This document shows, one piece after another, positions 1-10,337 of a stretch of DNA of 37,461 nucleotides (within the stretch, counting starts at the first letter, position 1; every line of letters begins with the position of its first letter). Origin of the DNA: Octopus sinensis (lineage: Eukaryota). The notes under the pieces are model-generated. The model worked only from the letters and a program-made list of their open reading frames with translations. It ran no database searches and was not told the origin of the DNA. Both the position numbers and the translations under genes were made by a program. The stretch is from contig NW_021836845.1 of assembly GCF_006345805.1 (NCBI RefSeq), positions 1 to 37,461 of the forward strand, in the 5' to 3' direction.

Positions 1-221
1 GGGTGTGAAATATTGGTGTATATATCGATTTGTACGTATGTATATGTGTGAGTGGGTATATGTATATGTTGTGGGTGTGTGTTATACGTGTGTGTATTTG
101 TATGTGAATGTATAGATTAGGGGATGCTATATAGGTATATATTGTGTATGGTAAAGGGAGGTTTTATCATTATTGTATATATGGGTTTCGTTTATCATGA
201 TTGTTTTATTAAAGAATTTTA

Positions 222-446
222 TATCCGTCCGTGGCTGTTTGCCAGCTCCGTCTGGCACCTGTGCGGGTGGCACGTAAAAAGCACCCACTACACTCATGGA
301 GTGGTTGGCGTTAGGAAGGGCATCCAGCCGTAGAAACTCTGCCAGATCAGACTGGGCCTGATGCAACCTTCTGGCTTCACAGACTCCAGTTGAACCGTCC
401 AACCCATGCTAGTATGGAAAGCGGATGCTAAATGATGATGATGATG

Positions 447-447
<1 letters not shown>
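222..447 (+). mobile_element. Isolated 3' end of the RTE LINE family (or a SINE sharing its tail), ending in (GAT)n
   Basis: Similar to the 3' UTRs attached to RTE bodies at 10338, 15400-15619, 23241 and 27197 (aggaagggcatccagccgtagaaa...aaccgtccaacccatgctag...gatgatgat). Confidence 0.8.
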
Positions 448-483
<36 letters not shown>

Positions 484-514
484 TGTGTGTGTGTGTGTGT
501 ATGTATATATATGT

Positions 515-545
<31 letters not shown>

Positions 546-716
546 ATGTAATATATGTTTATATATGTGTGATGTGTGTATGTATATATCTATGTATGTT
601 TGGTGTAGTATAATTGTGTGTGTGTGTATGTATATATATGTTATATATATATGTGTGTGTGTGTATGTATATATATATATGTATGTTTGTGTGTATGTAT
701 ATATATGTGTGTGTGT
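448..716. repeat. (TA)n/(TG)n compound microsatellite
   Basis: Read directly from the sequence. Confidence 0.95.
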
Positions 717-782
717 TTGTATTAAAATTAAATATCATAATCTCTTTTTTTTTTATCTCTCACTCTCTTTGTCTCTTTACAG

Positions 783-857
783 GAATGCCTGGGGAGATCT
801 TTCTCCGAACCCTAACTGCCATGATTATACCACTTATAATTAGCAATGTGATAGCAG
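783..857 (+). CDS. Coding exon of an SLC1A/EAAT-family (glutamate/neutral amino acid) transporter; paralog not assignable
   Basis: Polypyrimidine tract plus tttacAG acceptor at 781-782 and GTaaat donor at 858. The exon is 75 nt, phase 1-1, and reads (G)MPGEIFLRTLTAMIIPLIISNVIA(G). This matches the SLC1 TM2 motif [25 protein letters not shown]. Confidence 0.9.
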
Positions 858-1548
858 GTAAATCTTCAGCATCTTACAATTGTAAATACAATATTAGTCA
901 CATCTCTTATCTCATACATTTGATAACATAGTTGGAAGAATGTTTTCTGAATTTTTATAAGTAACATGATGGTATAAGAATCCTTCATATTTTACTTGCC
1001 TACTAATGATAAACTGTTAAAAAGTTTGCTTTTTAACCATGTAGTTCACTTATTGATTGCTCTGCATTGTACCCTCTATTGCTTCAGAGTGATTCAAGCT
1101 CTGTGTAAAATTGGGGCAGCAGAAACTGAAGTTATGGGTAATTCAAAGGCCCAGATTTATTACTTGCAACCTCATTCTACTTTTGCTTGATGAATCTTTC
1201 TACCTTGTCTTTCTCATATACATTCGTATGTTTTGTCTCATGAATATTATTTGACACGTGATTCACTCCTTGGCGATGATGAAAGCTGCATATCTACAAC
1301 TTCCTATTATCATCCTCTATATAATACATCAGCATATTTGCTTTATTTCTCATTTACTATACTCTTGCCTATTACCAACCATATTCCCTTCTGTTTTATG
1401 AAAAGCAAAGTCCAGATAAGCTCAAATTTGTTTACCTTGCTTTCAATTTTGAGTCATTTTATTTAATCATACATTGTCTTCAATTTAATTCTAGTATACC
1501 TCTTTTTTAATATTCAATATTATCTCTATATATATATTCCTACACACA

Positions 1549-1581
<33 letters not shown>

Positions 1582-1838
1582 TACATACACACATAGATAG
1601 ATAGATATATAGATACCAATCTTGAGAAATTAGGCTTCTCAAAACTAGAAAGGAGAAAGCTAATATGAAGATTACAGATCTAATCCATCACTGGAACTGT
1701 AAAAATCTGTAAAACTTTCCAGAAATTTATCATTTAAATATATATAAGCATGTCTAGATATGCAACTATATGCATGAGAATACATACATGAAACAAAATA
1801 TATAAATCTGCACACATACATATATGCATGCATGCATG

Positions 1839-2689
1839 CTTCCTAGCAGGACAATTGCAGGGGAAGCATTTAGCTAAAAATAAACTGCTGTACTTGGCAT
1901 TTTTTGACATAGAGGAAGCCTTTGACAGAGTCCCTCACTCTATCATCTAGTGGTCGATTCAGAAGCTAGGAATCATCTAGTGGTCAATACAGAAGCTATG
2001 AATAGAGGAGTGGTCAGTGAGAGCTGTGGAAACTATGTACAAGGATGCTGTTAGTAAGGTGAAAGTCAACAATGAGTATAGTAACAAATTTAGTATGCAG
2101 GAGAGTTTACCAAGAGTCAGTTCTCTGCCCCCTCTTGAATATGGCCTGTTATGGTCTGGTCCTCCAGGCCATAACAGGCATTTAAAACTTGGCTCATGGG
2201 AGCTCCTCTATGCTGATGACTTTGTTCTCGTAATTGAATCTCTGCTAGAATTAGAGAAGAAATTTTGGAAGTAGAGGCAATTACTGGAATCAAAATCCTG
2301 ACAGTTAATTTAGCAAAGACCTACTATTAGCAAGCATTAAAGCAGACAACTTCAGCGAGATGGCCCTGCTCGATATGTGAAAAAGTTATGAATAGGAATT
2401 CCATACAGTTACTCAATGCAAGCTAGAGACAAAAGAAGTGCAATGGAATCACAGGAAGATTAAGAAGAAAGTAGTCTTTGTGTGTGGCAGATGTGCAGGA
2501 ACAATAAGCACTAAGAAATAGATTTCCTCAAATGCTTCAAAGGATCCTTGCAGGTAGTAGATATTTCCTTTACCTAGGTGACCAAATTAGCAGTAGAGGA
2601 GGATACTCTGAAAGTGTAATTGCTAGAATAAGAACTGGATGGGAAAAGTTCAGAGAGCTATCACTTTTGTCAGTATCAAAGGGCCTCTC
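1839..2689 (+). mobile_element. Degenerate RTE LINE, 5' part (RT region), interrupted by the hAT insertion
   Basis: Decayed reading frames resemble LAKNKPLYLAF.D.EKAFDRVP, WELLYADD and TKGLS. The element continues at 5807. Confidence 0.85.
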
Positions 2690-2845
2690 TAGTGGTGGGC
2701 ACAGCTAACCAAAAAGTTAGCTTCACTAAATGCTAATCCACGAACTAAAAAAGTTAGCTTTTCAAACACTAAAGCACTAAACAGGTAACAAAATTAGTGG
2801 AAGCTAATGCTGATAACCTCTTACTTTTATCATATGAATTTAGTT

Positions 2846-4394
2846 TCATGTTTGGTTTTTTGGTTCTAAAACCCTTAAAAACAGACCTAGATAGCTGAAA
2901 TTTTCATGTAGTTTAGACATAGTACATTCCAAAAGGGTATAGCATGCCAAGATCAGATGATGATCAAGGTGTACTACTCTGGCTGGGAGCTTCTCCATTG
3001 CCTCAACATGATGCTGATTGCCTTTCATAAACATCAGCCTCTCAAAGTTACCATCTGACAGGGTGACTCTCTTGGCCTTCAAAATATCTTTACCTATAGA
3101 GAACAGGTGCTCAACTGCAGCACTGGATGGGATGGTGGTGTTATACTTGGTGAACAGGTAAATCAAGACCTGCTCACCCAAAAAGGCGACTTCAGTCAGG
3201 ACTTCCTTTGAGATGGCCTCCAGCAAGTCTTCATCAAGTTCTGCTCCTTGGATTTCAGTGACCTGTGGCTTCTGCTCTCCTGAAACTGAGTGATGTTGCT
3301 GAAGAAATCATCTTCATTCTCATTGCTGGTGGTGCTGCTGCCCTCCTCATTGGTTTCCATTAGGGCTGTCTCTACAACGGTCTCCATAGTGTTCGTTACC
3401 CTGCCAACCTGGCTATTTTTATACTGCTCCAGCCAGAATAGGCAAAACTCAGAGTGGAAGGTAGCAGTTGGCTGGCATTCCAAGTTTTCTAAGAGGGACC
3501 CAAACCTCTTCATGATACCTGTCAGTATTGCATCTACCAGAGGACTGAAGTACAGAAGATGTTTGAAATTGGCTTCCTTCAACTTCATAATGGTAGCTGC
3601 TACAGTTAGCAGAAGGCTTCCGAGATAAGCCTGGTCCTCCTTTTGTCCAAGGCCTTGGCAACATTAGACATCACCTGGGCATACTGTCAGGAAGCCGACA
3701 TCAGAAGTCTGCAGCTTCAGTTGTGTCATCAACCTGTGGACAGCTCCCCTATTCTTCTCCAGCAGTTTGTTGAGGACAACAACAGAGTCATAGATAGAGT
3801 TCAATCTGGTACTGTTGAGGACCACCAGCCTCCTCTTCAGCATGTCTAGAATGTTATCTGTTGCCACTGTGCCTTGGACATGGCCTTCCTGTAGGTCAAC
3901 TTGAACAAAGCACTGTCAAGAGCCTTGTCGGCATCCACACTGGCTACCAAGTTGAGGTATGAGCTGCACACTTCATCTGCACTGGCAGGTTTTAGACTCA
4001 GGTTACTGGACTTGTCAAGGATGGCATCAACAGAGATGTACTCAACTTCGTCCACATCTCCAGCCAGGGATCCACGTCCAGGTTCACATCCTTGATGCCC
4101 TCCATGTCAGGATCAGCTGCAGCCTTAGGAATGTCTGACAAGAGTTCAACTTCTGTACCAAACTGCATAAATGCCTTAAGGGCTTTTACCATTGTCCATC
4201 ATGATCCTGGTCTGCTTGTCTTGCAGATGGAACTTGTAATGGGTGTTCACCATAGCCTGGGTGAAAACATCAAAGGTGTGATGTCCTCTGAGCCGAGAGC
4301 AGGCCAGGACGGCATGTTGTCTCATGCAGGTCTTGGGGTCCAGCCAGTATGCTGTCATCCCCAGGTAGGACCTGTTGTGGGCCAACCAACAGTC
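2846..4394 (-). pseudogene. Frameshifted hAT transposase coding region
   Basis: ORF fragments 4176-4427, 3998-4192, 3846-4055, 3664-3867, 3196-3588 and 2846-3226 are collinear pieces of one hAT transposase. Confidence 0.85.
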
Positions 4395-4446
4395 CTTTAA
4401 ATTATACAGAGAGAAAGAGACAAACATAGACAGAGAGACAGATATG

Positions 4447-4830
4447 TAAAATAATCAAAGTGGCTAGCAGCAATTTAAAACCAATAAGGAAATAATTCAC
4501 TGTCACTAAGAGTGACAAGAGTGCAGTGAGCACCAGCATTGCTAGAAATAGGAGTTGTAGGCTCCTTAGCCATAAAAGCACATGGTCTCTTTGTATTGAC
4601 TGTAAGCGAGATGCATTAGATTAGCATGCTAATTTCATATAAGAAATTAATACTCATCAGTAATGCTCACTCTATCACAGCTGGTAGAGACTAACTCACC
4701 CAGTCAATATTATGGAGAATGCCACTGGAATTGGTGACTGATTTCACAAAATGGCAATGTGAAAATTATAAAATAATCAAGGTGGCTAACAGCAATTTAA
4801 AACCAACGAGGAAATAATTTACTGTGACTA
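4447..4830. repeat. 62-bp direct repeats (4447-4508, 4769-4830) bounding a 322-bp unit that carries a hammerhead motif
   Basis: Manual alignment gives 56/62 identical positions, with a period of 322 bp. Confidence 0.9.
4613..4666 (-). ncRNA. Type I hammerhead ribozyme motif
   Basis: Minus strand reads GCATTA-CUGAUGA-GUAU(UAAUUUCUU)AUAU-GAAA-UUAGCAUGCUAA-UC-UAAUGC. Stem I is 6 perfect bp, both core motifs are intact, stem III is palindromic, and the cleavage triplet is AUC. Activity is untested. Confidence 0.85.
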
Positions 4831-5806
4831 TTTATAAACTGATGCAGAGTATGATCAAGGCCTACTACAAAAAAAACAAAACAAACAAAAACAAAACTAG
4901 TCTCTCCTCCACATCTCCATGCAAGCTGCAATGGGTTTTGTGAGCACATGGTTTGTACAATTTTTGCTGGTAAGGAGGCAGAACATTTGATTGCAGTATC
5001 TTATAACCATATTTTGTTTATAGAAAGTACACACATTGCAGTTTAACATTTGTCATTAGGCTGTTCTAAATTCATGGAAATATTGCTTATAATTTAAAGT
5101 CTTGTTATTAAACTTTTTAAAATAGTAATACTATGCATTGGGGTGAGGGGATGACAAACCAAGATGAGTGATGGTTGGAATATGATAAGTTCAGAACTTA
5201 AGGTTTGTTTATTCGTTATTTCATTAAAGACTGCTGTTTTGGCTATGCAGACATGATCATGAGTGGAATATATATATTAGCTATTATACATTTTAGTACA
5301 TTAATTAAGAAAATAATTATTTAATAAATAAATAATTAAATTAAGAAAATATGAAGTACAGACTCCTCAACAAGCCCTTCATCCTCAGGTTGAAAAAAAA
5401 ACGTCTTCACCTTCCATAACAATAAGCGATAACTTGCTAATCTGATAACGTACACTGCTGTTGCTGATACTGTAAAACTATCTGTAATGTGACAACATTG
5501 TAAGTAAACACAACTCAAAAGTGCAGAATTACACATAACTGCTGAGTTAGCTGCTGTTGTGTCTTGTCATGTCTACATGTAGTCAGCCAAGAGCATGCTT
5601 GACAGACTCTTCAAGACACGGCCACAACAGATAGGAACAAATGTATGAATTTTGTTAGTGGACTTAAAGTTAGTGGAGCTAAATTTAGCAGAAGCTATTT
5701 GGTCCGCTAATGGTTTCCAAAGTTAGCAAAAACGCTAATCTGCTAAATGAAAAGTTAGCTTCACTAATTAGCCATTAGCGGATTAGCAGAACTGTACCCA
5801 CCACTT

Positions 5807-6235
5807 GGCCCCTCCCACAAATTGAAAAATACATTGTATGATGCCTGTGTACAAACAGCTATATTACATGAGTGTGAAATATGGGCTGTGAATGTGAAGG
5901 CTTAAAAGAAATGAAGCCAGCATGCTCCACTGGATGTGCAATGTCAGTGTATAATAAAGTAAAAGTATTTTGAGAGCAGAATTGGGTATAAGATGCATCA
6001 GATGAAGTGTACAAGAGAGAAGATTGTGCTGATGTGGGTATGTGATGCATATGGATGAAGACAACTGCATAAAGAAATGCTGATCTTTAAATGTTGAAGG
6101 AACCTGTGGAAGAGGAGAACAGAACAGAGTGGTGCGATATGATCTTCAGATATTGAGCCTCACAAAGGAGATGACAAAAGACCAAGATGATCGGCAATTT
6201 GTTGCACTTGAGATGACCTGTCCAGCTAAGTATAA
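5807..6235 (+). mobile_element. Degenerate RTE LINE, 3' part, resuming after the hAT insertion
   Basis: Sequence resumes GLS...LYDACV...ERNEASMLHWMCNVSV, collinear with 1839-2689. Confidence 0.85.
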
Positions 6236-6719
6236 TAAAGGCCCCACCAAAAAAACCCTACCCTCTATGATCTCTGTATGTCTTCAATTCATCAACTTGA
6301 TATTAGGTTCAGTTTGTAATTTTGTGATGGAAACTGTCACTGTTCTTGAGCCACAGGCTTGTCAACCAGTTTAAGACTACCACCTGGTCCATATAACACT
6401 ATGCTTTCATTTTATCCTGAAGCTTTCAGTTTTTCAAAAGCATTTACAACTTTCGGGCTGGGTTGTGTGAATTTCCAGCCAAGGGTTGGGTGTCAACGAA
6501 TTTGTTGAGTAACTCTTAGAGCCTGTAATACCAGTATAGTGGTGGTAATGCTAGATGTGCATATGTTGTAGCACCAATAAAGCAGTGCAAGGTTATTTAG
6601 TACACATGTGTTTGTTTATGCATGTTTTGACCTTGTTTTGATTAATCAGTCAGAATGTCTATTACATCTGAATATAAGACAATATGTCTTCACCCAGTTC
6701 AATTGTTTTGGCAGTGTGT

Positions 6720-9070
6720 AAACCATAAGACGTGTGGCCAGAGCCTCGTGGAAAGTAACCATAGCAAGGTTCATTCCACAGTTGAATTGGAACAGTCTAA
6801 AAGAGTGATAGGCATGAAGAGGACAAAGATTAAGTGGCCGAAAGCAAATGACGCAGTGAGTTATAAAAAATTTGACAACGAGGTAGCAAGAATGACCACC
6901 AAATTCAAAGGCAACAATGAACAAAAGCTCGAAAACTTGGCTAATACAATCTACCAGGAAAGAGAGAAAAGATTTGGACTGGAAACAACAAGGAAGGTAG
7001 AATCAACGGCAAAGAGCAGACCATCGAGGAGAGAAAGATGGATCGCAAAGATTCGAGAAGAGAAGAAAAACCTCAGAACCAGATGGAGGGATGCAAAGGA
7101 AGAGGAAAAAGAAGGGCTAAAGCAGCTTTATGAAGAGATAAAAAAAGAGGCATCGAGATCTACTAAGAAAACAAAGAAGGAAGAGCAGAAGAAAGGAGAG
7201 AGAAAAGAACTATCGTAGCTTTGTGAACAATCCCTATCAATATGCGAAACATCTATTTACTGAAAGTAAAAGTGGAAAATTAGATTGCACGAAAGAAGAG
7301 CTTGAACAACATCTGAAAGAGACATACAGTGACTCCGACAGAAATAAAGTACTCCCAGAAATGCACGGACTGAAGAAACCACCTGAACCAAGAGTACCAT
7401 TTGATTTGAATGACATCAAACGGAAGGAAATGGATGAGTTCATAAGAAAAGCAAGAGCAAAAAGTTCACCAGGGAACATTGGAGTGAGCTAAAAGGTATA
7501 TAAATATTGCCCGAAATTACGTTTGCAGCTGTTTGCACTGATAAGAGAAATGTGGAAGAAGAAAGATGTAGCAGAGCGATGGTGTATAACTGAAGGTATC
7601 TATCTACCTAAAGAAAAAGATGCAAAAACACTAGGACAATTTAGACCAATTTCATTATTAAATACTGATGGGAAAATCATGTTTGGAATTATTGCTAGAC
7701 GAATCATAAGATTCGTACAGCATAATGGGTACATTAATGAAGCAATCCAAAAAGCAGGAACCCCCAGAATCCCTGAGTGCATAGAACACACATTTGCCAT
7801 CTGGGAAGCCATCACCTATGCAAAACAAATGAAGAAAAACCTGTATATTGTTTGGCTAGATCTTGCCAATGCTTATGGATCTGTTCCGCATGCACTAATA
7901 AAATTAGCAATAGACTTCTTTTAGATTCCAAAAGATGTTCAATGAATGCTCATGTCCTACTAAGACAACCTGAGGATGAGGTTCACAGCAGGAAAGTTCA
8001 CAACAGAGTGGCAACGGCTTGAAATAGGTATTGCAGCCGGATGCACGATAACAGTCATCTTATTCGTGCTAGTCATGGAAATGTTACTTAGACCTACAAA
8101 CTGTGAGAAAGCTGTTACAAAGACACCATTAAGGGCTTTTATGGACGACGTTACTGTATTATCGGAAAGTAGAGAAGCAGCAGAAGCGGTTGGATGAACT
8201 GATAGGATGGGCAAGAATAAAATTCAAAGCCAAAAAATCTCGAAGCGTGGCTTTGGTGAAAGAAGAAGTGAAATTCAGGATAAGAGGTGAAGACATACCA
8301 ACAGTGAAAGAACAACCAGTAAAGAGTCTTAGCAGATGATAAGAAGCAAGGGAAAGAAACACACGAGTTAGTAGAATGAGGATTAAAGGCAATTGACAGA
8401 ACAACGCTGCCGAGAAAATTCAAATGTTGGATACTGCAATTTGGGCTGTACCCAAGGATAATGTGGCCATTGCAAATGTACGAAATAGCCTCGAGTAGAG
8501 TAGAAAGGATGGAACAAAGATGCAGTGTGTTTATCAGAAAATGGCTTGGTCTTCCAAAATCACTGAATACAACTGCACTATATGGAAAACCCATATTGCA
8601 ACTACCGATAACATCAATTGCTGAAGAATATAAGGCAAGGACAGTAATGATGCTACGGTATTCAAAAGATCAGAGCATCCGAGAAAACCCTCCAAAGGTA
8701 CGAACAGGGAGGAAATGGAAGGTGGAAGAGGCAGTAAACAGGGCGATTGGAAAACTAAGACATGCAGATATAGTCAGAGCGACGCAAAAAGCAAGAGCCA
8801 GCCTAGGGTCGCACAATTTCAGGCCATTTTGCAAGAGCAGTATAAAAGAGATGAAAGAGGAGGTGGTATATGAAGTGAGAAAGGAGGAAGAAGAAAGGTG
8901 AAATGTACATTTGGTGCAATGTAGTCAACAGGGACAGTGCCTGAGAAGATTTGTTTTTTTCTAGCTCAGAGCTGAGAAAACTAATAAGGAGAGTACAGGA
9001 GGCAGTCGAAAAAACCAGCTTCTATATATGGCTGAAGCGGGAAGACCAAAAATGGCTTAAAAGTCATAAC
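6720..9070 (+). mobile_element. Hero/NeSL-like (R2-group) non-LTR retrotransposon, decayed, with the CCHC/endonuclease region deleted
   Basis: Fragments IKWPK..D...FD, KARAKSSPG, EGIYLPKEK...FRPISLLN, WLDLANAYGSVPH, GIAAGCTITVILF, RAFMDDVT, WLGLP..L...ALYG..LQLP, RTGRKW and the terminal EAVEKTSFYIWLKR. Clade assignment is by motif recognition. Confidence 0.8.
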
Positions 9071-9549
9071 ATGCCAGCGGAAAATAACATCACTAGGTGA
9101 GACAAGCTGACACTGAATTAGCTTTGCTAATTGACAGATGACAGTATCGTTTAGAGAATGCATGGGCTGAGACTATGCACCTTCATTGGTCAGTTAAAGT
9201 TGAGATAGTGTCATGTGACAACTTGCTAGGGCTGCCTGCTGGAGCCTAGCAGCGAGTATTTAAAGGGAAAAACTTTGACAAGTCAGTCAGTCGCCCGCTG
9301 ACACTCGTTGACACTACATCGAAGAGGCCAGGGAACAGAAGAAAGAAGAAAGGAGACATGCACCCAACACCAGAGCTGAAGACACCTTTGAAAGTGGGGG
9401 GGCGGTCCCGCTACGTCAAAACGGTAGAGGAGTAGGGGCCGAAACCGGATGTGGTTGCTCCTGATGATGTCTTGAGCTAACTGGATCCTATAAAGGGGCT
9501 GTTGTGGTAGCAGATCATGAAACACGGTTGAAATTCCTTCCTTGTAGAA

Positions 9550-10337
9550 ATGGGGAGAAATTTCACACTGAAATGAGCTCTAGTATGTGAATATGAGACT
9601 GGGCTGTTGGGATCAAAACACAAGAGCCAGAAACTATACACTGCCAGTCAAATGCTTGATATATTGGATTAATTCAGTGAATTAGATACCAAAAATGATG
9701 CGAATTACCTAGATAGGGACTTAGCACCTGCTTCTGACAATGACAGACACAGTGTAGGAAATGAAGGTAGTGACAGCAAAAATGATTCAGATAATGAATC
9801 CATTGGTGCAGAAAAGGAACCTGGCACTACAGAATTGGTTGCCAACATTATCGACTTAGGTTCATTTGATGCTTCAAATTATGGGTCCAAAACATTCCTG
9901 ATAGCATAACTGATGAGTCTAAACCAATTTGAGTGTGTAAATATAAAATATATTTCTGGATGATCAATTCTGAGTAAACACCCAAACCAATCTGCATGCC
10001 ACACAGGATTGAGAAACAATCCCCAGTAAATGTTATTGTAAAAATTTCTAAGTTTTTACTGCTGAAGAAGCAAAGCCTTTACAGGCCTGTATCTTGCAAT
10101 GGAAAGTAGCGTGATCAAACCATAGTATCAGAGGGCAAAAACTTTTTTGTTACACACAGTTTCCATCACAGAATTAGAAAATGAACCATAGACAAATCAG
10201 ATAAGATATATAAAGTTAGGCCACTACTCAACACACTGCTGCATAAATTCCATGAGCATCACAACCCAAAGCAGCACCTTAGCCTAGCTGAAGAGATGAT
10301 ACTGATCAAAACAGGTTGGTCATCAGTATATAAAAGA
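9550..10337 (+). mobile_element. piggyBac-like transposase remnant, N-terminal part
   Basis: Near 10195-10335 the sequence reads DKIYKVRPLLNTLLHKFHEHHNPKQHLSLAEEMILIK, resembling the piggyBac K(V/I)RP....LS(I/V)DE.M motif. The 5' boundary is uncertain and no TTAA/TIR was found. Confidence 0.7.

Larger units (their letters stand above)
2690..5806 (-). mobile_element. hAT-superfamily DNA transposon, full span, transposase disrupted
   Basis: TIRs tagtggtgggcacag (2690) and ctgtacccaccactt (ends 5806); 8-bp TSD ggcctctc (2682-2689) / ggcccctc (5807-5814). Minus-strand ORF fragments include CW...YLGMTAYWLD...LACSRLRGHHT...DNG and the C-terminal dimerisation motif NTTIPSSAAVEHLFSIG...R..LSDGNFERL. 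Confidence 0.92.

Noticed and set aside
425-931. ORFs rich in Y/I/C/V/M here and at 15622, 19154 and 33224-33897
   Set aside because: Translations of TA/TG microsatellites. Only 783-857 is a real exon.
2210-2222. CTGATGA here and in the minus-strand equivalents near 11865 and 28416
   Set aside because: These are simply the codons of the RT YADD motif.
6646-8594. Antisense ORFs of more than 100 aa opposite LINE and transposase ORFs (for example 8151-8594, 29259-29684, 3290-3628)
   Set aside because: Shadow frames of TE coding sequence with no independent motif or splice support.
9435-9520. GAAAC (9441) and CTGATGA (9461) close together, with another GAAAC at ~9519, as a possible permuted hammerhead
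   Set aside because: I could not build stems I, II and III together in a type I, II or III arrangement.
9910-9916. CTGATGA core-like motif
   Set aside because: No paired stem II leading to GAAA, and it lies within the piggyBac remnant.
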